A stretch of 64,000 bases of DNA from Mytilus californianus (lineage: Eukaryota). The position numbers and the translations under genes are program-made. Where the stretch lies: assembly GCF_021869535.1 (NCBI RefSeq), contig NW_026262604.1, positions 60,078,001 through 60,142,000 of the forward strand, given 5' to 3'. Positions 1 to 14,098 of the stretch are shown here, piece after piece. Every line of letters begins with the position of its first letter. Positions within the stretch are counted from its first letter, which is position 1. The notes under the pieces are model-generated. The model was not told the DNA's origin and did not search any database. It was given only the letters and a program-made list of their open reading frames with translations.

Positions 1-566
1 CAACATGACAACTATCTACCAAATTTCAAATGAAGTGGATGTAATGAGAAAAATCCATGGGGTATAGTCTGTAATAAAGACCCAGGCATGAAAAATATGA
101 AACAATTCAATTGAGAAAACTAACAGCCTAATTAACAACAAAACAATTTTACGAAAAACAAATATAACAAGCATGAACCAACGACAATGCTCATTATCAT
201 GTGAATTTTAATGATATGACAAATTTAGGTTTTGGCCAAGATTTTATGGTTCACTGAACATTGTAATGTGAAAATGTGTGAGCACTGAAAGAGGCAGGAT
301 GTCCTGGACACATATTCTTGTATGCAAAAAGTCAGGTACTCAAAAAAAAAAACATACAAATGAAATTGTAGTCTAACTTCAATATACCAAGTTGATAATA
401 TTCACTTTGTTAGCAACAAACTATCTTGAATAATTTTTACTCACAGATGTTGATTCTCATTGTGGTTATTGGTATGTTTTGTGGAAAACAAATGATTGGT
501 TGAAATGTTGATGAATTACCACAAAAGTACAAGCTGCTTTTTTTCAGAATTTGGAATGTTTGTTCA

Positions 567-1707
567 TTTTTTAGCTCACCAGGGCCCGAAGGGCCCCATG
601 TGAGCTTATGCCATCACTTGGCGTCCGTCGTCTGTCGTCGTTTGTCGTTGTAAACTATTTCAAAAAATCTTCTCCTCTGAAACTACTGGGCCAAATACCT
701 TCAAACTTTAAATAAATGTTCCTTATGGTATCTAGTTTATAAATTGTATCCGAAGATTTGATCCATCGACAAACATGGCCGCCATGGCTTAAAATAGAAC
801 ATAGGGGTCAAATGCAGTTTTTGGCTTATATCTCAAAAACTAAAGCTTTACGAGCAAATCTGACATGGGGGTAAAATTGTTCAGTTGGTCAAGATCTATC
901 AGCTCTAAAATTTTCAGACGAATCGAACAACCCATTGTTGGGTTGCTGCCACATAATTGGTAGTTTTAGCAAAATTTTGCAGTTTTTTGTTATTATTTTG
1001 AATATTAATTTAGATATATATAAACTGTAAGCAGATATAATGTTCAGCAAAGTAAGATCTACAAAAAAATTAATATGATCATAATTGTCAATTGACCCCT
1101 TAAGGAGTTATTGCCCTTTAAAGACAATTTACACAATTTGTTCATCAAGTTTGCTAACATTTAAAAATCTTCTCCTCTGAAACTACTGGGCCAATTACCT
1201 TTAAACTTTAATTAAATGTTACTTAGGGTATCTTGTTTATAAATTGTATCCCAAGTTTGTATCCATCGACAAACATGGCCGCCATGGCTAAAAATAGAAC
1301 ATAAGGGTCAAATGCAGTTTTTGGCTTATATCTCATTTAGAGCAAATGTGACAGGGGTAAAATTGTTTAATTGGTCAAGATCTATCGGCCCTGAAATTAT
1401 CAGACGAATCGAACAACCCATTGTTGGGTTGCTGCCACCGAATTGATAGTTTTAACAAAATTTTGCAGTTTTTTGTTATTATTTTGAATATTGTTATAGA
1501 TATATATAAACTGTAAGCAGCAATAATGTTCAGCAAAGTAAGATCTACAAAAAAGTTAATATGACCAAAATTGTCAATTGACCCCTTAAGGAGTTATTGC
1601 CCTTTAAAGACAATTTTACACAATTTGTTCATCAAGTTTGCTAACATTTAAAAATCTTCTCCTCTGAAATACAGGTGAGCGATTCAGGCACTTGAGTGCC
1701 TCTTGTT
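567..1707 (+). mobile_element. Non-autonomous Helentron-type (HINE-like) element with two internal ~500-bp tandem units
   Basis: T-run then subterminal repeat agctcacc (573-580), hairpin gggccc-gaa-gggccc, and a (gtc)-rich microsatellite. Internal units recur at periods of 500 and 487 bp (aaatcttctcctctgaaa at ~665, ~1165, ~1652). The 3' end has caggtgagcg plus the stem-loop aggcac-ttga-gtgcct. No ORF. Confidence 0.8.
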
Positions 1708-2810
1708 AGTTTTATTTATAATTTCTAAACTTTATTGAAAGAGCATACTAAATGACAAGACTTGGCACTTTTCCAGATACATAAAACTGGATCGAATATT
1801 TTTACTGCATCAGATGCATAATTTGACAAATATTTGTAAATCCAAAACATAAAAGTTGCCGAGATAAAAATGAAAAGGACCAAACAAAAATAAAAAGTAT
1901 TTATAAGTTAAAAGACATATTGAATAAATATAAACTAGATAGTAACCCAACAATGTACTTAGTCAGACAATTTTCAGGAAATAGAGTTGCTCTCAAGACA
2001 TATGTAAGTATAAGTAGAAGGAGGTAAACATCAATGAGACAGCAACCCAACCACACAAAATTCCAAGAGACAACTAGAAGACAACATTAAGTCTTCAACA
2101 AAGGCCAGTGAATATATCATATGTCAACCTCTAACATCTCCATGTGTATATTCCATTTCAAGTTGAACCAATTTAATTGACCAACCAATCCAAGAAAACA
2201 GCAGACGTCGGGCCAATTGTCCCAATTGTACAGACTGGCCTTAATTTGACATTGTCAATATATTTCCTATCCTATCATAAGATATATAATAGTACTATTT
2301 CATCGTTTAAATTGAGTTGCTGTTGTCATTGATATATTGATATATTGACTGATGAGTATATCATCTTGAATATTCATGTAATATTTGCCACTGAGCGTTC
2401 AATCAGTCAACCAATATGTTGTTCATAAAAAAGTATAATTTCACAGTTACAACAAATGGGTTATCTGTCTATCAAATAGGTCAAATTGAAACTCATTCTT
2501 TTTTTTCTCATGAAAATGAAGGGACGAAAACAGTATAAGAATAAGGCGATGTGGTATGATTGTCAAAGAGTCAACTATCCATCAAATATAAATAAGGAGA
2601 TATGGTATGATTGTCAATGAAACAACTATCCATCAAAGTCCAAATGACGTGGATTTTAAAAAAAATTAAGGTCGCCGTCAACAATAAGCTAAACACACAC
2701 CATATAGTCGGTTATAACAGGCATGACAAAGTGTGAAACAAGTTTGGTTTCTGCGGCACTAGGCGACTGAAAAACTTTTTAAAAACGATGATATAATAAC
2801 CGTACGAACA

Positions 2811-2846
2811 CAACGTGTTTCTGGATTAACCTTCACCAGGTACGCT
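2811..2846 (-). ncRNA. Degenerate hammerhead-like motif in a dispersed repeat
   Basis: Minus strand reads agcgtac-CTGGTGA-aggttaatcca-GAAA-cacgttg. It resembles the 27621-27666 motif, but the core is mutated. Confidence 0.35.
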
Positions 2847-3838
2847 AGAGACCAAAGTCCGTAAAGCCAGAGATATTAGACGCTGAAGAGCATAAAAAGT
2901 GCACATAAAGAACAACCGTAACGCTTAAAGTAAACTTTGCCCGAAGGAGTTGTAACCATCAGTTTGTATGCAACTACGTTCAATGGTACATTTATACAAC
3001 TTGTATTCTCATAATGCTGATATAAGGCTGGCCAAATAATCTCTACTGGAGAAAGTTGAGGTAAGTCATTGGAACACTATATATATATATATATATAGAT
3101 GGAAAGAGATGCAGGGCAAAAATATGCAAATGGTCACATTGAGAAAACCAAATGCTAAGCTTTTGTTCTACTAGCTAGTATGAAAAGGACTAAATTCAAA
3201 AGAAGCAAACTCTTTTGCATTTTTTATTATGAATCTGAAATATTTCAAAACAGTCAATATTCAGGTAAACAGTTTCCTGCTGATTTGATTAGCACTCAAA
3301 CATGAATAACCATTTGCCTGTTCCGAATGTTCAATGATTTAGTGATTCCTCAAAAGTATGGAAAGACAGTTTAATTAATAAAATTTATACATCTTCAATA
3401 ATAAGACATGAATAGATTAACCATAATATGAATTTAGACTTTAAAATTTAAAATTGAAAACTAGATTTGGCAATGTACACTGCTAGATTTTTAAATACCT
3501 GCTAGATTTAAAAAACCATAAGATATTGGGAAAAATTAGCTCGATTTTTTGTTGCTTAACTTCCAGTGGCAAATATGTCATGCCTGTTCGGGACGACTGA
3601 TTAATTCCGAATATTGTGGAATGATATATATCTCTCAAGCATCCACATTGTATGACTGCATATTCTTCTACTAAGAACCCAGGCTGCTGCATAATCTTTA
3701 CTTGTTGGCTAAAGTTTGAAATAATTGCAATCAAAAGCCTTTTGTCACTGTTTACCTTAATTTCACACCTGAATTCTACCTAACCTTGCAGATAGGTTAA
3801 AATTATTCAGATCCTGCCAATGCCCATGTGAAGCCATT

Positions 3839-4005
3839 CGCCATTTCAGAATCTAATGTATTATGGGTAATGATTTCAAAAGTGTATACCAAAACATCGT
3901 GATTGGTTAAAAAAGTACCAAACAATTGAAATTCAACCAATGACGTGATGTTATTTTCATCTTTGGGGTACAAATTACCCATAGTCATTTAGACTCTGAA
4001 ACGGC
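3839..4005. mobile_element. ~170-bp MITE (same family as 50803-50977, opposite orientation)
   Basis: Imperfect TIRs cgccatttcagaatctaa...tgggtaa / ttacccat...ttagactctgaaacgg. The interior is the reverse complement of the 50.8-kb copy. Confidence 0.65.
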
Positions 4006-4030
4006 CTATTTATTAATTATATATACTTAA

Positions 4031-4427
4031 GGATGTTCGCTCCTCTGGGTTTTTGAATTTTTGTCAGATATTTAAATTGGAATCCTCTGGTTTTACCCAT
4101 GTATTGCCATTAAAAAAATGTGCCCATTAACCCCGACTTTTCTTTCCATAATTTGATTACATATAGTTTAAAATGTTATCTTTGAAAATCTTATAAAATC
4201 CTTGTTATTTTTTTCATCGTTTTTGAAAGCAAAAAGGTGCCAATGCTAAATGTATGAAAAATCTAGAGAGAATTATTTCCCGCCAAATTTTCAATGGCTT
4301 ATATCTCGAAAACAAGCACACGAACTCTTCATTTTTTTCTGCTTTTTTAGTTTATTTATTTATATACTATCAATTTATAACAGTCTTTTAAAAAGCTTGT
4401 TATTTTAAAACAGAGGAGCGAACATCC
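4031..4427. mobile_element. 397-bp MITE with TTAA target-site duplication and GG..CC termini (Kolobok-like)
   Basis: TTAA|ggatgttcgctcctctg ... cagaggagcgaacatcc|TTAA, with perfect 17-bp TIRs. Confidence 0.85.
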
Positions 4428-7400
4428 TTAAATATCAAAGCTACAAAATGATGTGTATGTGCATAACCATACGTAAGTCAAGCCTTTTCAGACTGATTTA
4501 TATAGTGTTGTGCTACTACACCACTTTCTTAAGCTAAGGAATGATTGAGCACTAACAAACATGATAAAGCCTCATCATAAGGAATTGAAAACTGAGGTTG
4601 GCTTCCTTCGTAAAGTATTCTGTATGCCTTCGGAATATACAAATATGTAAAACTTGTCGAATAACGACCGGGTACCAGTCTGTTGACAACTATGGTCGTA
4701 CAGGTATTTACATCATCAAAATCTAGTCTGAGTACAGACAAACCTGTGCAACTGAACAAGTTTAATTGGATTCGCGTGAAATAATGTGATAATTTCGAAA
4801 CCTCTATTTGTACTTTTATGCAAACACTTATAATTTTTTTCACGGACATACTAAAATTCATAATATTCAAACGTTAATTTCTAACCTTAAATTACTGACG
4901 ACAATACATGCATCCGTATATTTACAAGCAAAACGGAAATCGTTCGAAGGCGTAATAAATAATTCACGATTATAAGAGATTGGATTAAAACCATGCATTT
5001 ATTTTTTATGTACTAAAACTATTCACATTAAGAATGATCAGAGAATGTATCACAGGTAATTTCACATATCATTTTTACTGAATTGCTAGCTTAAACAATT
5101 CGATATTCAAACATTGATTAACATTCCTTTTAAAGTAATGAAAACTGTTAAAGTTAAACAGATCACACATATAAATCAAATAAAATGCAATTCCAGTTAA
5201 TCACAACTTACTGGTTAACTGGTTTTTAAAGATGCAATTACATTTATCCGACTTTTTAACATTTTACACGGAGTTTGAAATAACCGTTGAAAATGGATCC
5301 ATGTTCACTGGTTTACAATCAACATTATTTTGACCTTTGTTGACACATTGTTTTGGAATAACACACAGAACATGTGTTAAAAATGATCCAATACTGGACA
5401 ACTGGAACTCTTTCATTATCAATATGACTCAGAACGAGTTCATTGTGATATTTAACCAACCGATATATTCACACTTTTAACACAAATTGGTTTCCTTTGC
5501 CAATTCATTTTAGACTCGTTCTAAACCGGAGAAAAAGGGGTTGCTGTCCATAAAAGAGCATGATAAATTGAAAGTGATACATGGGCGTTGTAGCCAATGT
5601 TTAATTAATAAAAAAATATTGATATGAAAATGTTATGAAATTTATTAAGATTTAAAATTTAAAGATTACACATATTACGCACAGGTACATTTCCTTTTAC
5701 CTCTAACTCTTTATGTTCAATGGTAATTTATGTCCCTCCTAAGGGAAACAACTCGTACAAAGATATCCTTAATTACAGGGCCAATTGCGGAATTGACAAA
5801 TCGATCATTCCCTTATATTTTTATTTCTTTCCTTCTTGTAGCCTAATATACATACATCAGAGTTTTCTTTACTTTTTTATCGTCTCTACATGCATGTATT
5901 TGATTTTCATTTTCAGTGATGACATATAAATTTGGCTCATATCTTATTTAGAGCATACCTTAATGATTCATTCTAGTAGACTTTCGACTTTTCATAATAT
6001 ACTATGCAGGTGAGGCATGATTAATTTTACAACGTCAAGGCATTTCATGATAAATAAATAATCAATACATTTACAATACTATTTGTTCCAAATGCATTTT
6101 GCTTCTTGTGTACACGTGAACATCTGCAGTGCAAAAATGCAACTCGATACTCGACAATAAGAACCATAAACACGAGCATGCTGGGTATATCTGACCTCGT
6201 TCAATAGATGAAATATAGGAATGATATTCTATCAAATATTTCAACGTTTACAACAACGAGTATATACTTTTTGTCTCTTTGATTAAAATTCAGATGTATC
6301 GTAACTCGTGTATTCGTCGAAGCATAATGAAATAGAGATCTATATTTTAATTAAACTGTTTTTGTTGTATCACCCTGCATGCGGTATTATTGTTAAAATG
6401 GAATTCAAATATTGACATTATCGTTGAATAATCATCTCATTTATCAAAATGCACCTTTAACTTGTTAACACATCAACTGCATTTGGTTTTTGATTTCTAA
6501 TTGCTTAAAACATACAGAAGTCAGAAGGTTCTGGATGGAGGGTTCTTTATTTCTGTATTCTTTTAAAATTTCTTGGCCACCTTTCTGTATTCCTTAATTT
6601 GTCTGCTCATTATTCTCCTTTTTTATATATATTAGAACCCCATTATTCTTTATTTTTGATTGGTTTGGCTATTTGGCTCTTTTTTTTTTTTTTTTTTTTC
6701 CTTTATTGTGTATGTTTTGCCCATTATTCTCTATTCTGTAAACCCCATCCAGACCAACATACAGATGAATCAAAAAGAAGTTATATCAAGATATAATACC
6801 TCCATGGCTATACATGGTGTACTTATAATGTCGCAGCCAACCAACACAAAAAGAGTTTGATCAATAGTTATTCGAAATCATTAATATGCATGTTAAAAAG
6901 CTAATTAAAATTTTATAGTTGTAAATTTACATCCGCATATTTCTAACATAATGACTTAAAACTTCTGCACTGAGGTTCTGAACGGAATGACATTTTGAAG
7001 AGCACCATATTGCCCTATATCGTTACGTAGACAAGCAAAGCACTGGCGTACTGTTTACTCGGATGAACCTGGTAAGATCTGATGGCTGGCGAATAAATAA
7101 TAGATTTTCATCTCCATGTAGACTACTAGTAGTTGCTTTCTCAAGCCGAGTGTCAAACATTTCAACCGAATTTAAGACGATAACATACTAGTATTTAGCA
7201 TTTAATCAAATGGCTAGGTGCACTGTCTGAAGACTGAATAATGCAAATAATGAATGTTTGCATTTCGATTATACACTATGAGTGAGAGATCTAGATTTTA
7301 ATTAGATTTGTTTTTGTAACACCCTGCATGCGATTTTATCGTCAATAAGAAATTTACATATTGGTATTATCTTTAAATATCTCATATGTTAAACTGCTTG

Positions 7401-7566
7401 AACCTTTAACTTTTTACGTATTAAATGCACTGGTCTTTAATTTGCGGTTGCTGTAAAATGCAGGAGGGTCTAGATGAGCATTTTTTCATTTCTGTATTGT
7501 TTAATTTTTAAGGGCATTTTTCTCTTTTTATTTAATGTGTTTGCCAATTATTCTCTATTCCTTATA

Positions 7567-7874
7567 TGAGGGTAGGAATTCCCTTTACCGTCAGACGTCA
7601 AACGGTCATTTTCGGCTACCGTTAGCGTCAAATTGGTTAAAATTTTACCGTGATTCGTCAAAATATCCGTATCGTGATTCATCAGAGAGCTCAAATAATT
7701 ACCGTTACCGTTATTTTTGGAAAAAATTAACGTGATTCGTCAAAATCAGTCGATTTTTATATCGTCTAAACGAAAGTGTACATTTTAACGTCATGCACCA
7801 AAAATTACCGTTAACGTCATTTGGCAAGAATTTTTACCGTTATTCGCCATGAAGGTACCCCCATTACGACCCTG
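7567..7874. mobile_element. ~310-bp MITE nested inside another MITE
   Basis: Interrupts ttctctattc-ttata-ttaaagcacc, which is uninterrupted in the paralogous block at ~16135-16160. ttata lies on both sides. Imperfect TIRs agggtaggaat / attacgaccct and internal ttaccgt and cgtgattcgtcaaaat repeats. Confidence 0.65.
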
Positions 7875-8648
7875 TTATATTTAAGCACCACGCTATTCTC
7901 TATTTTTGTCTATTTTTTTCTATTATTTTTCCCTTTTATTCTCAATCTGTAAACCCCATCTACACCCATCTTTAAATTGTTAACACATCAAATGCATACA
8001 GATGCATCACATTTTTTTGTAAAAGATGACAAACATAAAAATGGCGTAATGTACAAGTTGAACTTTTCTCTTTCTTTTTCCCTCATAATAAAGTTATACA
8101 TTGTGTATTTACAATGTCACAGTCGACGCACACAATTCAATTATAACGTGCGTCTGGCAAACAAAAGTTTAATCATGGTATCTATGATGAGTTTATATAT
8201 ACTAGATTTGATAGCTAATCGAATATCAAAAAGCTTATTAAAAAAAATATAGTTGTGAAATTACATCCGTTTTTTTTTTTTAACTATGTGTTATGGTAAT
8301 CTCAGATAATACTGTAAAATGTCTGCAATGCATTCTAAAAGGAATTACATTTATATAGCACTATATTGCCCTATATTTGTACTATAATATATTACGTCGA
8401 TAAAATAAGGTTTGCTGTATTTCAGCAGTGACGAGGCATCATTTCATATTTTTAAACATTTGTTGAAAAAAGTTCTCTTCATAGATTTTCCTAGACGATT
8501 TCAAAACAAACGGCAGTTTTGATTTTTAAAGGAAATGAAAATCTATATGTGAATACCATTGTAATGGTTGACAAAATAATTTGTAAATGTTTGTTTTTTA
8601 TATACATGTAGATTACCAAGATATATGAATGTTATATGAAAATTTTAA

Positions 8649-9175
8649 GGCAGATTAACTGTAAACCGCCATCTTGGATTGTAAAATAGCAGTAATTATT
8701 CGGTCTAGTTATTTGCTTTAATCTGCAGATTGGCAATTAATGTGTAAGACGGTTAGTTTAAATAAAGAAAAATAAGTGATTTATTGCATTATTCATACTG
8801 TTTTAACAAATACTAAATTATATTTGTTCGATGCAATTTTTCAACTAAGCCATATAAGGGGAGATTACTCTTGTAGTAAAATTTTTGTACTGGAGTGATA
8901 GTGAAATTGCCATTTTATACTTTTAGTAAGAAAACAAGTTCGGTGACACCATTTGTTCTTTTTGTTTTCTTAAAGCATATTATAAAACCTATCTTCTCAT
9001 GTTTTATTAAAAAGAAATCTATCTCATAGATTTCTTTTCATGAATAATCTATGCAAAATTGGGCAATTTTGGACGACTTGTAGCTTGAAAAATAGCACAG
9101 TGACCCATACTTTGATTATATTTTTTTAATGCATAGCAAAATTTCCATTTTAGCAATGTATAAGAAAATGTTATC
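8649..9175. mobile_element. Decayed, truncated relative of the 33678-34262 MITE
   Basis: Starts TTAA|gg and shares cgccatcttggattg.aaaatagcag and ttgtagcttgaaaa...gtgacc blocks with the 33.7-kb element. The right TIR was not found. Confidence 0.5.
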
Positions 9176-9475
9176 TGAGGAAATATATATTGATGATTGA
9201 CCTCAAATCATTTGAAATTTCCGGAAATATCAACAATAATGATGAAAATTGACGACTCGGTGTAAGGATAACTATATCATCATCAGAGAAGTGTTTATAA
9301 CTTTAATTTTCGTTATTTTTAATTGAAAAATATTAACATAGAAAGTTAATAATGTCTTTTATAACTGTTACAATATTTTAGCATTTTCAACCTCATATGT
9401 CTAATAATAAATATAGAATTTTTACTTGTGAATTCACTTAGTTGTCGTTGATTATTGTTCCATTTCCTTTATAAT

Positions 9476-9715
9476 GAGGGTCTTGATATAAGGGGGGCTT
9501 CATTTCTATATTCTTCATTTTTTCGGGTAATTTTCCTCTATTGTGTATATTTTTTGCCCAATTTCCTCTCCTCTCATGATTCTTTATATTTTATTACCCC
9601 ATTATTTTCTAATTTTTATTTTTTTTACCCTATGTAACTCTATTCTTAATTTTTTGGTTCATTTTTTTCATTTGACCCATTATTCTTTATTCTGTAAACC
9701 CCATTCAGTTTCTCT
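9476..9715. mobile_element. Member of an abundant pyrimidine-rich MITE family (TIR agggtctggatg)
   Basis: gagggtcttgat...cccattattct repeats...tgtaaaccccattc. Other copies at ~6525-6755, ~7465-7965, ~16050-16260, ~17588-17795, ~31420-31640, 56404-56604 and 58161-58298. Confidence 0.6.
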
Positions 9716-10958
9716 TATATTCTTGATCCGACGGCAATATAGGATATATAATATGTATAACTTTCAAAACATTTATCGAACATTTATAAAATATAAAATT
9801 GAGTGGTTTTTTTTTTTCAAACTAATGTAACATATATACTGATAAACGAACACGTAGGGAAACCTTAATTTGACAGAAACCAAATAAAACGAATTGTACA
9901 AAAATCAAACCCCTAGATGTAAGCACAATGTTTAAACGAATCCGCACTATATGGTAAGTTCGCCCATATGAGAGGAACTGAATGGGGTTAGTAGAATCGA
10001 GAATAAAGGACAAAAAAATAAAGAAAAAATCTTTTTATCATTAGACTGCTATATACATACGTTGACACTTTTCACGGTAAATTTCAATTTCAACATTACT
10101 GCAATTGTGTGCATGTGTACATACAAGTGCAGTGCAAATTTGATAATTAAGAATCGATATATGAATATTCAGGGGTGCACAATATAATACTTGAAATAAA
10201 GAGTGTCCAAATATCTAGAACAAATTTAAAATACCTGTCAAAAGATGTGTTGTGTTATAGATCATCTCTCTTAGGCGTCCGTTCGTTATACGAACCAAAA
10301 AGGATTTGCGTTTGTCTCTGTACAATTTTACATTCTATATATTTTATTTTATCTTACTTTCAGAGACGCTTGTCTCTGGAAAATATTCTGTATACCTTTA
10401 CAAGTTAATTAATGGTATATACGTATATTTGTAAGAGGCAAGTGCGTGTTCTTATTTTTCAGAATTATCAGACTTTTGACGTCAAATTTAGGGCATTTAA
10501 ATATGATAGAAAAGACACAAACAATTGATGCTTTAAAACTATGCGTCCATCTGAAGGGGTCTGCTATCCTTTTTTTAAAACCGATAGCTGGAGAAGATAG
10601 AACTTGTTACGAGATTTAACTAATTTTGGAATATTAAAAAAAAAGCATCGATTTTATTTTGGCTAAACCTTTCATACATAATTTTAAAAAAACATAAACA
10701 GTTAATATGCTTAGTACGTCTGAGACTTATTGCAATTACAAGTATTGATTTGTCTTGCCAAAGGCATGCACAGAATTATAATGAAAACTATCATCAAACT
10801 ATATCATTAGAGATCATGCATTAAACATATTAAAATATTTAAAGGTATCATTGAAAAGAACAATTTGTTTTGAACAAATATTGAGTAAAAACGAGACATA
10901 AAGCGTGTCCAAAACAATGCTTAGAACTTAATACCAGCCACTCAACTGGAAAACCTAG

Positions 10959-11128
10959 GTATGTGCGTGTCAAAAACAATGCAAGCAAGCGAAATTATTG
11001 AAATTGATCATCAAATTTAAAGGTAATATATGATTACTTGACCAAATGTTGTTCGATAAATGATGTAACTTAAATTGTATGAATATTGCTTATATTTCTG
11101 ACTAACGATATTTTTCATTATTTATTAG
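10959..11128 (+). promoter_or_regulatory. Putative 170-nt 5'-UTR intron of receptor gene 1
   Basis: Donor ag|gtatgt at 10959, branch-site-like ctgactaac at 11098-11106, pyrimidine tract and AG at 11127-11128. The same layout and length occur at 21479-21648 (gene 2), and the branch/acceptor part is retained in gene 3 (AG 32840-32841). Confidence 0.5.
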
Positions 11129-11296
11129 ATTCACATCTAACGAAGTAACACGGAATAGCACATTTACCTAGACAAACATTAACTGTTCGGTTGCATATAC
11201 CACTACCGAATATATCGAACCCACAAAAAGACATACAGATAGCAGATTATCGAATTCTAAACTGTTATCATAAAGCTCAATTGTAAATTGCGTAAC

Positions 11297-11835
11297 ATGC
11301 AAATGGATAAGGAATGTATGCATATCAACACTACGTTAGCTGAAAGTGGGTACGATATTCCCGTGTTTGGTGTCGGTCATTACTGTTTCAATGTAATTCA
11401 CGTGACGGCCATCGTCTGCTTGTTGTTGAGTTTATGTTCTGCCGTTGGAGTTATTATACTTTTATGTAAATCGAGAACTGGAAAATCATTTATGAAATGG
11501 CATAAATATGAACGATTTTTGTTATACAGATGTATTTGCGATATCTCTTATGGTTTTGTACATACTTTGGACCATGTCCAGATACTGATTACCAAGGACC
11601 ATGTTCGTCTAAGTGGATTGTGCTCCTTGTATGCTATGCTTATAGTGAATACCTGCATTTCCGAAGCGCTATTTTCTTTAACGTCTGCCTTAAATGCATT
11701 TCTTTCAGTTTATTTTAGAAAGAATGTCAATTTTGGAAACAAAGACTGGAAACTGCTTCTTATACTTGGTCTTGGACCACTTTTGGTAGTCGCCCTTATG
11801 TCGTCCTTACACGTGTTTGGCCCAAGTGGATTTTT
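11297..11835 (+). CDS. Orphan 7TM receptor paralogue 1, coding exon 1 (TM1-TM4)
   Basis: ATG 11297 (MQMDKECM...), four hydrophobic segments, ERFLLYRCICD and LCSLY motifs. Ends GPSGF then tt|GTAAGT, a phase-2 donor. The ATG position is conserved in paralogue 2. Confidence 0.9.
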
Positions 11836-13338
11836 GTAAGTATGAAAATAGAAGCGATGTTTTGAGATTTGACAAATTTTATTCTGGCCAAAAATTCCAT
11901 AAACTTCTGATCTTGACCATTTAAAATTATGATAACGAATTTTGCAATTTCTCTGCAGTTTTAGGAAAAGCGATGCTTTGTCAATTTTTAGCTTCACATT
12001 TGGTCTTGTTTTATGGTTAGAGAATGTCCATGCATCAATGGTTTGTGGATTTGATGACATCTGAAGGTTTGACAAGATAGATTCGGCAAACCAATATTTA
12101 ATTGTGCGTCACATTTGAAATGACCCATTAACTATTTTAACCATAGTAACTCGACAGGGATCACTAGTGGAGCAGAAACGGCTATCACTTCAGCAGCAAA
12201 TGAGTTAATACTCGGTTCTTTTCGTGCGGTATGTGTTGCTAGATCTGTAGTATAGGGTTTGTTTTTTACTTCTTTGTAAACAAGTATCATATTATTCTGA
12301 TATACTGATTCAACACAGACACGAACTGTAGTTGATTTATGCTCCTTTCGTTTTTAATGCTGCATTTTATGACAACAATGTTATTCAAAGCAAACTTTTG
12401 ACCTTTGTATAACTGAATTCAATGTAGCATTGACCTATAATGATGCTGTCGCCGGGTTTTCTATATTGCCTCTCTCGTTTTTTATAAATTATAGGTTACC
12501 TTTGCATTGAAGTTTTTATACACAATATTTTGCCTCTTTCGTCCTTTTTTAATATGGGTAAAAGAGTTGAAGATGTTTTTACCTAAAATGTATTCTGTTT
12601 CATCTTTTTTATATAAAAAGACGACGATATATCCCCAATTTCATGTCGGGACTTTAGAAGACGTTACTAGTATTCACGCCTTCTTCAAATAAAAGCAAAA
12701 TTTTGCCATGGATACACAAACAAGAAATTATATTTCACCGTTTTAACTATTTGAAATCAAACGTAAGGTAAGTACTGATTACTTACATATGCACATTATG
12801 ATACAAACAGTGACCTTAATTTGTTAAAAGCATGGAAACGAGGCTGGTTAATAAAAATAAGAAGATGTGGTATGAGTGCCAATGAGCTTTCTACGTCGTC
12901 TGGCCTGCTAAGAACCGAACGTGACATATTCCCGAATAAGACTGTTTTCCCAAGTGTGAATTTGCATTGCTATTAGACGTGTCTCGGTATTTATACATCC
13001 AACATTCATGTATTTAGTTATGATGTTTCGTTTGTAATTCTAGTTAGATATTGTCTTATGTCTTATCGTTTGTGGTTTGAATTCTCTTTTTTCATTTTCT
13101 ATATTTATGTAAAAGTTAAGATAATTAATGAGCTAGTTCATTTATATGATTTTTAGTTTAAAGCTACTATATGCACATGCTTTATTTGTTTTTACACAAT
13201 TTTGATTTAGGAGAAAAACCGACATGGTTAGAAAATACAAATAATTACACCATTACTAGCACAATTCTATATTAATATTCTTGTAATGGTTAGAAAATAC
13301 ATGAAATAACACCATAACAAACTTAATCCCAATTTTAT

Positions 13339-14098
13339 ATAAAGGCAACAGTAGTATACCGCTGTTCGAAACTCATAAATCGATAGAGATAAAAACAAAT
13401 CCGTTTATCAAACTAAAACTGAGGAAACGCATCAAATATAAGAGGAGAACAACGACACAACAAAAACACAACATCAAAATGTAACACACACAGAAACGAA
13501 CTATAATATAACAATGGCCATTTTCCTGACTTGGTACAGGACATTTTAAGAAAAAAAATGGTGGGTTGAACCTGGTTTTGTGGCATGCCAAACCCTTTTC
13601 TATTCTTAGAAATTTACCCGTGACGTCACTTTTTGTGGCGTTGATACATTCGTGTGACGCACAGTTCATAATTCATTGTGATGTACATGGGAGGTGTCCG
13701 TTGATATTCTGTAGTTTACATGTTGTAATGTACTAATATATTATTTATTTATGTATTTCTCTGTCCTGAGTGTTCTTGCGATTATTTGTATTGTATTCCT
13801 GTCACGTAATGATGTCATTTTAGCGTTATTTTTTACATTGCTATATAAACTGGAGGTTTGACTAGCCATAAAACCAGGTTCAACCCACCATTTTTTCTTA
13901 AAATGTCCTGTACCAAGTCAGGAATATGGCAGTTGTTATCAAATAGTCCGTTTCTATGTATGTATGGCGTTTGTTTTTGTAGCAGTTCAGTATTTATGTT
14001 GTTCCGTTGTTTTCCTCGGTTTTGGTTTGTGACCCGGATTTGTTTCAGTCAAATCAATTTATGACTATTGAACAGCGGTCTATTACTGTTGCCTTTAT
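13339..14098. repeat. Two ~250-bp copies of a dispersed repeat in inverted orientation (13339-13595 and ~13860-14098)
   Basis: ataaaggcaacagt...ggtgggttgaacctggtttt versus aaaaccaggttcaacccacc...actgttgcctttat. Confidence 0.8.

Noticed and set aside
4529-4960. 113-aa minus-strand ORF, possibly a decayed PLE thumb or 3' end
   Set aside because: The resemblance is only vague, and there is no diagnostic motif I can support.
9270-9295. CTGATGA on the minus strand as another hammerhead
   Set aside because: There is no stem II, GAAA or stem I partner.
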